DNA from: an uncultured beta proteobacterium
GTDB lineage: Bacteria > Pseudomonadota > Gammaproteobacteria > Burkholderiales > Rhodocyclaceae
Assembly: GCA_963727115.1 (NCBI GenBank)
Contig: CAVSFS010000011.1
Location: 89,149-153,148 of the forward strand
DNA length: 64,000 nucleotides
Direction of reading: 5' to 3'
Position numbers and translations under genes: made by a program. Below are positions 22,333 through 31,330 of the stretch, one piece after another (the stretch's first letter is position 1; every line of letters begins with the position of its first letter). The notes beneath the pieces are model-generated. The model did no database searches, was not told the origin of the DNA, and saw only the letters and a list, made by a program, of their open reading frames with translations.

Positions 22333-22612
22333 TTCCAGTCTCCTTTGTCGTATTCGGTGTGGGTCAAAATCGCCTTGACCCACAACAGTTGTGGCGCGAA
22401 AGCAATCGCCGCAATCAGGCGATATTTATTGCCGCCGATATTGAACACGAAACGTTCGCCCACTTTATCCACGCTGCCAAAGGTCGTCTTCAGATCGGCA
22501 AAGCTGTTGAAACGGCCTTTCTCAACCAGCAGCCGGAAGTTCTGCAAGGGCATTTCGGCGGCTGGATGCTTACCGCGAAATCCCGTAGCGCCTTGTTCGA
22601 TATCAGCTTCAT
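22329..22612 (-). CDS. higB: HigB-family toxin (RelE/ParE superfamily), with an apparent 1-nt deletion frameshift near 22573-22575
   Basis: The C-terminal 74 aa lie in ORF 22329-22553 (...FVFNIGGNKYRLIAAIAFAPQLLWVKAILTHTEYDKGDWK). The N-terminus MKLISNKALRDFA is read by hand from ATG 22612 in another frame. The two join if one G is restored in gcg-g(g)t-aag. Confidence 0.7.
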
Positions 22613-22655
22613 TGGCAATTTATCGCAGAATGCGATTTATAGCAAGTTGCGATTT

Positions 22656-25600
22656 TTAGACAGCGGCCCACGTTTCCCCCTCCTGCCGTGCGCGGCCGAG
22701 GGCGACGAGGGTTTGCAGGAGGTCGGGGAGGCGTTTTTTCCACGGGCCTTTGCCGGCGATGCGGGCGGCGAGTTGGGTTTCGCTTTGCGGGGTGGTGGCG
22801 AGCAGGCGGGCGAGGAGTGCCATTTGTTCCGGGAGCGTGGCGGGCCACGGGGATTTTTCGGCGGCTGGCAGTGCGGCGACGGGCTTCGACGGTTCGGTCG
22901 ATTTCGGTTTTTGGCCGATTTTTTCGGGCGTCGACCGCAGCAAGGCTGGCTTGCGGGTTCTGGAAGGCCGGGCGCAGCCAGCGGATGTGGCCGGCGGCTT
23001 CTTCGCGGGCGCGCTCGAGCGTTAAGGGCGACGAGGCGGGTGAGGATTTCCTCGCGGAAGGCTTCGTCCGTCACCCCGGCGCAGGCCGGGGTCCAGGCCG
23101 TGCTGTTCTGGATTCCGGCCTGCGCCGGAATGACGGCAGTGAGGTCGGACCAGCCGTAGGCGGCGAGCACGGCGGCGTCGAGTTCGTCGTGCAGGGTTTG
23201 CAGGACGCTGACCAGGCCTTGTTCGTGGATGGTTTTGTCTTTCGCGGTCAAGGCCTCGCCGGCGCGGATTTTGGCAGCACGTTGTAGATGCCGGTCAGGG
23301 TCAGCGTCGGGTGTTGCGCCTGCTGGCGCTTGCGGTGGGCGTCGAGTTGTTCGGCGAGGGCGCGGATGCGGGCTTGCTGGTCGGGCGTGGCGTCCGGGAA
23401 GGGGAAGGTTTCGAAGCAGCGGGTTTTGTTGTAGACGCGGATCGGTCTTCCGAGCGTGCCGCCCGCCGCCAGCGCCCAGGCGACATGCACGGCGCTGGAC
23501 AGCACGCCCAGCGGGTAAGCGTCGTCGAGGGCGATGCAAATCAGCATGTTGTCCGGCGCGATGGCGGCGTCGAGGAACTGGAAAGCGCGGTGCTTGGCGG
23601 TTTCGACGGTGGCGATGTAGCGCGGCAGGCCGGCAAGCATTGGGCGCAAATCTGCGCCGTGGTTCGCCAAATAACCACCAGTTGTCGCGGTAGGTGGCGC
23701 GCGCGATTCTGGTCGCGCTCCGGCTTCACCCGTTCGTAAACCCACTGGTAAGTCGCCGGGTAACGGCTGCGCACGTCTGCTGCGGTCAACCCGAATAAAT
23801 CGATGATTTTCACGCCGCGCGGCCGGTCGGTCAGGTCGCGGCCGTTGCGGTAGTCCTTGATCGGCGCGTCGGCTTCGAGCCTGGCGGCTTCTTCGGGCGT
23901 GACGATGAAACCCGCGCCGTGCAACTTGAAGCCGGGCGAACTGATGCCGCAGTTCGCGCGCAAGGTCGCCGCCCCCGCGACATCCGCCCCGATCCGCAAA
24001 TCGGCGTGCAGCTTGCCGCTGCGGCTGTCCAGCGTCACCTCCAGCCCTTCGCCGCCGGCTTCGCGCTCGCCGGTTACGGTCAACAGCCGGCCATCGCCGT
24101 TTTTCGTGGCCGTGCCGACGGTCATCGCGATGCGCACGGCGGCGCCGTCGGCGCTGTCGACCCACGGGTGGTCGGGGATGGCGAAGGCGAGGTGGAGGCC
24201 GCCGTCGAGCGCCTGCTGGACGATGCGGCGGTTGAAGGTCTGCTTCAGGCTGTTGGTGGTGATGAAGCCGAAGCGCTGCACCGCACCGGCATTGACCAGC
24301 GCGGCGGCGTGCTGCCACCAGTACATGACGTAGTCGGCGGATTCCGGCACTTCGGACCAGGTTGACCGCAGCGCTTCGACATAGCCGTCGCCGAGCGCGG
24401 CGCGCAGCGTGGCGGCGCCGATGAAGGGCGGGTTGCCGACGATGTAGTCGGCGGCCGGCCATTCGGCGCGGCGCGGGTTGTGGTAGCGCAGCAGCGGCTG
24501 GCGGGCGCTTTCGTCGGGCACCTGTTCGCCGGTGATGGCGTGGGCCTTGGTGGTCTTGCCGTCCCAGCGGCTTTGCGGGATGCCGTTCTGGTCGCAGACC
24601 GGTTCGCTGCCGTCGTGGGCGAGCACGGCGTCGCGGCATTCGATGTTCTTGAAATCGCGCAGAATCGGGCTGGGCGGCAGGCCGGCGCTGCGCGTGCGGA
24701 AGTGCCATTGCAGGTAGCCGATCCAGAGGACGAGTTCGGCGATGGCGGCGGCGCGCGGGTTGAGTTCGAGGCCGAGGAACTGGTGCGGGTCGACGGTGAG
24801 GCCTTCGGCCTCCAGCCGTTGTTGCCCGGCGCCGATGCTGTGGGCGAAGTCGAGGATTTCGCCTTCGAGGCGCTTCATGTGTTCGAGCGTGACGTAGAGG
24901 AAATTGGCCGAGCCGCAGGCCGGGTCGAGGACGCGCACCGAGCAGAGCTGGTGGTGGAAGGCGTCGATTTCGGCGAGCGCGGCGGCGGCCTTGCCTTCGT
25001 TGGCGAGGAGCAGCGCGGCGGCCTGGACGTTGGCCCAGCGTTCGCGCAGCGGCTCGATGACGGTGGGCAGGACGAGGCGTTCGACGTAGGGGCGCGGGGT
25101 GTAGTGGGCGCCGAGGCTGTGGCGCTCGGCGGGGTCGAGGGCGCGTTCGAGCAGGGTGCCGAAGATGGCGGGTTCGACCAGCGTCCAGTCGGCGCCGGCG
25201 GCTTCGCGCAGGAGGCCGATCTGGTCGCGGTCGAGCGGCAGGACGTCGGGCGTCTTGAACAGCTTGCCGTTGAAGCGCGGCAGGGTGTGGCGCAGGACGA
25301 CGGAGAAGCCGCCTTCGTCCATCTCTTTCCACAGGGCGCCGACGAGCGGGACGAACTGGCCGGGGCTGTTCTGCAGCGAGGCGAGCAGGTCGCTGAAGGC
25401 GTTTTTGGGCAGCAGGCCGACGTCTTCGGCGAACATCGAGAACAGGCAGCGGGTGAGGAAGCCGGCGACGCGTTCGGCATCGTGGCCGGCGCTTTCGAGG
25501 GCCTTGGCGATGCCGGCGAGCTTGCCGGCGATTTCGCGCGTGGCTTTGGCGCTGGCGCGCGACGGGTCGAGGGAAAGCGGGTCGAGCCAGACGGCGCGCA

Positions 25601-26103
25601 GGCGGGCGCGGATGGCTTCGTCGCGCAGGTCTGCGAGCCGGATGCGGTGCGAGCGGGGGTCGGGGAACGGGGTGTAGGTGGCGCCGCTGCGGGTGAATTC
25701 GGCGAACAGCTCGATGCGGTGGCCGACATCGATGGTGATCAGGAAGGGCGGCCTGCCCTCCTCGGCCGGCAAGGCGCGGGCGTAGTTTTCGGCCTGGCCG
25801 CGGGCGCGCAGCATGGCGTCGTCGAAGCCCTTGGTCTGCGGCGCCGAGCTTGAGTTTCTTGGCTTCGATGATGGCGCTGCCGCGCCGGTAGCAGTCGATG
25901 AAGCCGTTGCTGGTGCTGCCGTCGCCGTGGCGGAAGGTGACGCGGCGCTCGAAGACGTAGGCGTTGTCGCGGGTGTCGTCCTGCGCCGGGTCGGGCTTGG
26001 GGAGTTCGAGCAGGTCGCAGAGATCGGCGATGAAGAGCTGGTAGTTGGCGCGCTCGGAGCCGCCGGCGTTGTGCCAGCGGGTGATGAATTGCTCGGCGGT
26101 CAT
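22656..26103 (-). pseudogene. MmeI-family type IIL restriction-modification enzyme (N-terminal PD-ExK-like nuclease plus gamma-class N6-adenine methyltransferase), interrupted by at least 6 frameshifts
   Basis: The protein was reassembled by hand from three frames: [22 protein letters not shown]...[16 protein letters not shown] (26103 to about 25845); [24 protein letters not shown]...[13 protein letters not shown]...IVGNPPFIG...[16 protein letters not shown] (to about 23700); [14 protein letters not shown]; [23 protein letters not shown]...LTGIYNVL; [13 protein letters not shown]...LVALNA; [22 protein letters not shown]; PEKIGQKPK...[17 protein letters not shown]. Approximate shift sites: 25840, 23700, 23658, 23272, 23018, 22925. 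Confidence 0.75.
23069..23135. repeat. REP/MITE-like nested palindrome inside the RM gene
   Basis: Arm 1 is cgtcaccccggcgcaggccggggtccag (23069-23096). Arm 2 is ctggattccggcctgcgccggaatgacg (23108-23135). The reverse complement of arm 2 matches arm 1 at 24 of 28 positions. The 4 differences are compensatory within each arm's own hairpin (ccccgg..ccgggg versus attccgg..ccggaat). Confidence 0.75.
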
Positions 26104-26221
26104 GCGAATTCGCCCGTCATGAAGGATGGGCGATGATAAACCGGTTTTGGCCGGTACCCCAAGGGCACTTCCTGCGGGGCGTTTTTGGGGGTGGACCGCA
26201 GCAGGCTCCGGCGGCCGGCCG

Positions 26222-28085
26222 TCATATCACCAGTTGCGTCCCCAGCTCGACGACGCGATTGATTGGAATCTTGAAGTAGTCGGTGGCGCTGGTGGCGTTC
26301 TTGGACATGATCGCGAAGAAGCGTGCCCGCCAGTAGGCGATGCGCTTGTGCGACAGGGTCGGGACAACGGTTTCGCGCGAAACGTAGAAGGTGGTTTCCA
26401 TCATGTCGAAGCGCTCGCCGAAGCCGCAGCACATGGCGAGCGCGCCGGGCACGTCGGGGTCTTCCATGAAGCCGTAGCGGACGACGATGCGCATGAAGCC
26501 TTCGTCGAGCCGGTGCAGGTAGATGCGGTCCATGTCGTTGACGTAGGGCGAGCTGGCTGTTTGCAAGGTCAAGAGGACGACCCGGTCGTGCAGCACCTGG
26601 TTATGCTTGAGGTTGTGCAGCAGAGCCGGCGGCACACCTTCCTTGGAACCGGTCATGAAGACGGCGGTGCCGGGAATGCGATGAACGCCACCGAGGGAAC
26701 GGATGAAATCGCCGATCGGGATGCTCTGCTTGGCCATTTCTTCCATCACCAGTGTGCGCCCGCGGCGCCAGGTGGTCAGCGTGGTGAAGGAAACCAGGGC
26801 CATGGCGATGGGGAACCAGCCGCCTTCGGGAATCTTGATCGCGTTGGCGGCGAAGAAGGCGATATCGACGGCCAGCAGCGAGCCGGCGACGAGGGCGACG
26901 AGCGTCCAGTGCCAGCGCCAGAGCAGGACCATGACGAAGGCGACGAGAACGGTGTCGATCAGCATGGTGCCGGTGACCGCGATGCCGTAGGCGGCCGCCA
27001 GGTTGGACGAGTTCTTGAAGCCGATGACGAGGGCGACGACGGCCAGATAGAGCGTCCAGTTGGTGAACGGAACGTAGATCTGGCCTTCTTCGTGGCCCGA
27101 GGTATGGACGATCTGCATGCGCGGCAGCAGGCCCATCTGCACGGCCTGGCGCGCCACCGAGAAGGCGCCGGAGATGACCGCCTGCGAGGCGATGACGGTG
27201 GCCAGCGTGGCCAGGATGACCATCGGGATCAGCGCCCAGTCGGGGCCGAGGTGGAAGAAGGGGCTTTCGATGGCGGCCGGCTCGTTGAGCAGCAGCGCGC
27301 CCTGGCCGAAGTAGTTGAGGACCAGCGCCGGCATGACGAAGCCGAACCAGGCGAGGCGGATCGGCGGGCGGCCGAAGTGGCCCATGTCGGTATACAGCGC
27401 TTCGCCGCCGGTCACCGCGAGGACGACGGAGCCGAGGGCGAGGAAGGCCAGCCCCGGATGGGCAGTGACGAAGCCGACGGCGTAGAGCGGGCTCAAGGCC
27501 ACCAGCACGCCGGGGTATTGGGCGATTTCGAGCGCCCCGAGGAGGCCGAGGATGGCAAACCAGCCGACCATGACCGGGCCGAACAATATGCCGACGGCGC
27601 CGGTGCCGTGGCGCTGGATGAAGAACAGGCCGGTAAGCACGACGAGGGTGATCGGGATGACGTAGGGCGTCAGCGTCGGGGTGACGATCTCCAGGCCTTC
27701 GACGGCGGAGAGCACCGAGATTGCCGGGGTGATCATGCTGTCGCCGTAGAACAGCGCGGCGGCGAAGATGCCGAGCAGCGAGATGACCCAGGTCAGGCGC
27801 GGACTCTTGGCTTTTTCGGTGACCAGCGACAGCAGCGCCAGCGAGCCGCCCTCGCCCCGATTGTCGGCGCGCATGATGATGAGCACGTACTTGACGGTGA
27901 CCAGGATCATGATCGCCCAGAAGACCAGCGACAGGATGCCGAGGATGTTCTCCGGCGTGACCGGGAATCGGATGGTGGCCGTTGAAGATTTCCTTCAGCG
28001 CGTAGAGCGGGCTGGTGCCGATGTCGCCGAAGACGACGCCGATGGCGGCGACGGTGAGCGCCGGCATGGCTTTACGCGAGTGCAT
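26222..28085 (-). CDS. kup: KUP/HAK/KT potassium uptake protein, with an apparent 1-nt insertion frameshift near 27961
   Basis: The N-terminus [41 protein letters not shown] lies in one frame (ATG 28085). The continuation [39 protein letters not shown]... lies in ORF 26222-27910. Confidence 0.88.
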
Positions 28086-28263
28086 GAGAATTCCCCTGTG
28101 TTTTTGTGTTGGCCGGCGCATCGGCCGCGCGAAGAAGCCCCCTTCCCACGTGCAACCAATGGCTGACGCATCATTCTCCGCCTCCGGCTTCAAGACAAGT
28201 TTGACATTGCTCAACGATTTCCCGAATACCATTCACGCAATCGGGAATGACAGCGCAAGTTAA

Positions 28264-29973
28264 ATGGGCAAGAATTACGCCTGCCAAGTGAGCCAGCGAA
28301 CGGGAGAACATTCGGTGCCAGCAGGAGAAGATAGCCGGAATGCCGGAAAGGTCGATCTGTTCCACGCCAACCTGCTCTGGCCGCTGCAACTCGAGCCATT
28401 CCCGGCCAAGGGCACCGAGGGGCGGCACTGGGAGGTGTTCGAGGCGCGCCGGGACAGCCACGCCTGGCGCCTGATCGACGACGAATTCACAGCCGATCCG
28501 GAGCAGTTCCGGGAACGGCATTACCGCGAGTTCGTGTCCTTCCTGCCTTATGTCCAGCGCTTCCTGTATGGCGAAGGCCGCCCCCGGAAAACCGATCCTG
28601 ACAATCAGCCCGGCGCGTCACCGGTGCATGTTTTCCGGCGCAAGGACATCGCCCGCCTGCGCCTGACGCTGCGCAAGGGGCAGGCGCCGATCGAACTGGA
28701 TGTCGTCCATCTCGACCTCTATTTCTTCCACGACCTGGACGTCGTCCAGCTCAATGTGGAGGTACGCGGCGACGATCTGCCACTGGATACGGTGCGCGAC
28801 ATCCTGTTCCGCTTCGGCCGCGCCTATCCATCGGGCTGGAACGAATACGACGAGGGACTGCACAACGCCCACCTGGCCGAATGGCTGGACGAGGCCGGCC
28901 AGGTCGTCGCCCGCTCCGACGCCGAAGATCGCCGGAAATACCTGGCCTTCGTCTGCGAGCACCGCAGCCCGTGCATTTCCGAGCACTGGGCCTGCCTGCT
29001 GCGCCCGCTCGTGCTCGCCCACTCGGACGAGCCGGGCGACCTGCGCTACCGGCTGATCGAGTATCACCGGATGCCGGTCATGGCCTATCTGGCCGTCGAA
29101 TCACCTCGCCTGCTGCAGCGCGAGGACTGGGTGCGCATCGGCCTGGCCACGGTACTCCATCCCGACGAACCTCTCCCGGTCAACGACCCCGGCATCACCG
29201 AATTCGAGACGCGCTACTGCCAGGACCGTTTCTGGAACGACAATGCGGCCGGACCGAACACGCGTTTCATCTGTACCGGCAACTCGCTGACCGTGGTCGG
29301 CGACGCCAGCGTACCGTCCTGCACCGACGGCGAGCGTGGCGTGCTGGCCCAGTTCCGCCACCAGTATTTCCTGATCTTCCTGATCGCCCATCTGCATCGG
29401 GCGGCACTGCTGACCTTCTCCGAAATTCTCGTCGATGCGGTCAACGATCTCAACATTCTCGACGATGCCTCGGTGCGCCGCTTCAAGCGCCGGATCCGGG
29501 CCAACTTCGAGACATTCCTGCGTTTCACGCATCGCTACTGGTTCCATGAACTCTCGGAACGCCAGCACGTGCAGGCCGTCTTCGCACTGTGCGCGAAGCA
29601 TTTGTGCAACGATGCCCTGTACGATGAGGTGCGCGACGAAATCCGCGAGATGAGCCAGTACCTCGACAGCGATTCGCAGCGCCGCCAGTCGAACACCGTG
29701 GTCCGCCTGACCGTGATCACCATCCTCGGCCTGATCGCGACGGTGACGACCGGCTATTTCGGCATGAACATCATCGCCTTCGGCGAGGGAACGGCGCAGG
29801 AACGCCTGCTGCACATGCTGGCCGCAACCGTGGTCTTCGTCGGCCTGGTGCTGTTCGCCGTCGCCCGCTCGAAGCGCCTGTCGGACTTCCTCGAACATCT
29901 CGCCGACGAACGGCTGAGTACCGGCGGAAAACTGCGCGCCCTGTGGGCTGCGCTGTGGGGGAAAAAAAGGTAA
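28264..29973 (+). CDS. CorA-like protein: about 480-aa uncharacterised N-terminal domain plus a C-terminal two-helix GMN module
   Basis: Single 569-aa ORF. The C-terminus reads RLTVITILGLIATVTTGYFGMNIIAF...LLHMLAATVVFVGLVLFAVARSKR, which is CorA topology with the GMN signature. An alternative GTG start at 28315 is preceded by GGGAGA at a 7-nt spacing. Confidence 0.7.
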   Translation: MGKNYACQVSQRTGEHSVPAGEDSRNAGKVDLFHANLLWPLQLEPFPAKGTEGRHWEVFEARRDSHAWRLIDDEFTADPEQFRERHYREFVSFLPYVQRFLYGEGRPRKTDPDNQPGASPVHVFRRKDIARLRLTLRKGQAPIELDVVHLDLYFFHDLDVVQLNVEVRGDDLPLDTVRDILFRFGRAYPSGWNEYDEGLHNAHLAEWLDEAGQVVARSDAEDRRKYLAFVCEHRSPCISEHWACLLRPLVLAHSDEPGDLRYRLIEYHRMPVMAYLAVESPRLLQREDWVRIGLATVLHPDEPLPVNDPGITEFETRYCQDRFWNDNAAGPNTRFICTGNSLTVVGDASVPSCTDGERGVLAQFRHQYFLIFLIAHLHRAALLTFSEILVDAVNDLNILDDASVRRFKRRIRANFETFLRFTHRYWFHELSERQHVQAVFALCAKHLCNDALYDEVRDEIREMSQYLDSDSQRRQSNTVVRLTVITILGLIATVTTGYFGMNIIAFGEGTAQERLLHMLAATVVFVGLVLFAVARSKRLSDFLEHLADERLSTGGKLRALWAALWGKKR

Positions 29974-29992
29974 ACCCCAGCACCGTATTAAG

Positions 29993-30027
29993 GAAAAAGC
30001 CGCATCCCGACGGTATCGGAATGCGGC
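29993..30027 (-). terminator. Intrinsic terminator downstream of dctM; the hairpin is shared with the convergent CorA-like gene
   Basis: Stem gccgcatcccga / tcggaatgcggc (one mismatch) with loop cggta. A T-run follows on the minus strand (the complement of aaaaa at 29994-29998). Confidence 0.65.
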
Positions 30028-30046
30028 TTGGCAGATCGCCGGCCGG

Positions 30047-31330
30047 CTAGAGCATGCCCAGTTGCTGCGGCAGCCAGAGCGAGAGACTTGGCCAGTAGGT
30101 GACGACCATGAGGAAGCCGAGCATGGAGAGCAGCCACGGCCAGACGGCGACCGTCAGCTCGGTAATGCCCATCTTCGTTATACCCGACGCGACGTAGAGG
30201 TTGAGGCCGACCGGCGGGTGACACATGCCGACTTCCATGTTCACCACCATCAGGATGCCGAAGTGCACGGGATGGATGCCGAGCTTGATCGCCACCGGGA
30301 AGAGAATCGGCGCGAAGATCAGGACGATGGACGACGGCTCCATGAAGTTGCCGGCGAGCAGCAGGATGACGTTGACCGCGAGCAGGAAGGTGATCATCCC
30401 GAGGCCGTTGCCCAGCATCCAGTCGGCGAGCGCCTGCGGGATGTTCTCGTTGGTCATGATGAAGGAGAACAGCACGGCGTTGGTGATGATGTAGAGCAGC
30501 ATCGCCGACATGTTGGCCGAGTTGAGCAGCACCTTCGGCACATCCTTGATGCCCAGGTCCGGTAGATGAAAACCGCGCAGATGAAGGCGTAGACCGCGGA
30601 CATCGCCGCCGCTTCGGTCGGCGTGAAGATGCCGGTGTAGATGCCGCCCATGACGACGACGATCAGCAACAGGCCCCAGACCGACTTGCGGAAGGCTATG
30701 CCAGCGCTCGCCCCAGGTCGCCTTGGCCTGACGCGGGTAGTCGAACTTCTTGGCGCGGTACCAGGTGACGCCGCCGAGCGTCAGCGCCAGCGCAATGCCG
30801 GGCAAAACGCCGGCCATGAACAGCGCGCCGACCGAGGTGTTGGTCGCCACCGAGTACATGACCATGACGATGGACGGCGGGATCAGGATGCCGAGCGCGC
30901 CCGAGGTGGCGATGACGCCGGCCCCGAACTTGTTCGGAAAGCCCGCCTTGACCATCGCCGGCAGCAGGATCGAGCCGATCGCCACGACGGTCGCCGGGCT
31001 GGAACCCGAAACCGCGGCGAACAGCGCGCAGGCCAGCACGCCGGCCAGACCGAGGCCGCCGTACCAGTGGCCGACCATCGAGGTGGCGAAGTTGATCATG
31101 CGTTTCGCCACCCCGCCGTGGGTCAGGAAGTTGCCGGCGAGGATGAAGAACGGGATGGCCATGATCTCGAATTTCTCGATGCCGGTGAACAGCTTGAGCG
31201 CCACCGATTCGAGCGGCACCTGGGTCATCGTGAACAGGAAGGTCAGCACGGTCAGGCCGAGCGAAATCGAGATCGGCATGCCGGTCAGCATGAGGACAGC
31301 CAGCAGGCCGAAAATCACCATTGCGTTCAT
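30047..31330 (-). CDS. dctM: TRAP transporter large permease DctM, with two compensating frameshifts (near 30695 and 30560)
   Basis: The 427-aa ORF is open throughout, but its residues ...WHSLPQVGLGPVADRRRHGRHLH...HLPD are nonsense. The alternative frame (ORF 30454-30669) reads the expected LIVVVMGGIYTGIFTPTEAAAMSAVYAFICAVFIYR. The rest of the protein is typical DctM. Confidence 0.88.
   Translation of the reverse strand: MNAMVIFGLLAVLMLTGMPISISLGLTVLTFLFTMTQVPLESVALKLFTGIEKFEIMAIPFFILAGNFLTHGGVAKRMINFATSMVGHWYGGLGLAGVLACALFAAVSGSSPATVVAIGSILLPAMVKAGFPNKFGAGVIATSGALGILIPPSIVMVMYSVATNTSVGALFMAGVLPGIALALTLGGVTWYRAKKFDYPRQAKATWGERWHSLPQVGLGPVADRRRHGRHLHRHLHADRSGGDVRGLRLHLRGFHLPDLGIKDVPKVLLNSANMSAMLLYIITNAVLFSFIMTNENIPQALADWMLGNGLGMITFLLAVNVILLLAGNFMEPSSIVLIFAPILFPVAIKLGIHPVHFGILMVVNMEVGMCHPPVGLNLYVASGITKMGITELTVAVWPWLLSMLGFLMVVTYWPSLSLWLPQQLGML

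Noticed and set aside
26126-27985. 619-aa plus-strand ORF opposite kup. Similar long shadow ORFs lie at 21019-22659, 24480-25853, 34482-36152, 46875-48773 and 49756-51669.
   Set aside because: All lie antisense to genes with clear family motifs, and their own products are repetitive Arg/Asp/Gly/Ala strings. They stay open only because stop codons are rare at this GC content.
28200-28232. TTGACA at 28200-28205 as the -35 box of the CorA-like gene promoter
   Set aside because: The best -10 candidate at 17-nt spacing is GAATAC, a poor match. I could not support a promoter call. An imperfect 7-bp inverted repeat nearby (ttcccga ... tcgggaa) is too weak to interpret.
30559-30697. Programmed ribosomal frameshifting in dctM, and similarly in argD, argG, ispG and kup
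   Set aside because: There are no slippery heptamers or downstream pseudoknot-like structures at the shift sites. The sites look like simple one-base gains or losses in short G/C runs. The affected genes are not known to use recoding.
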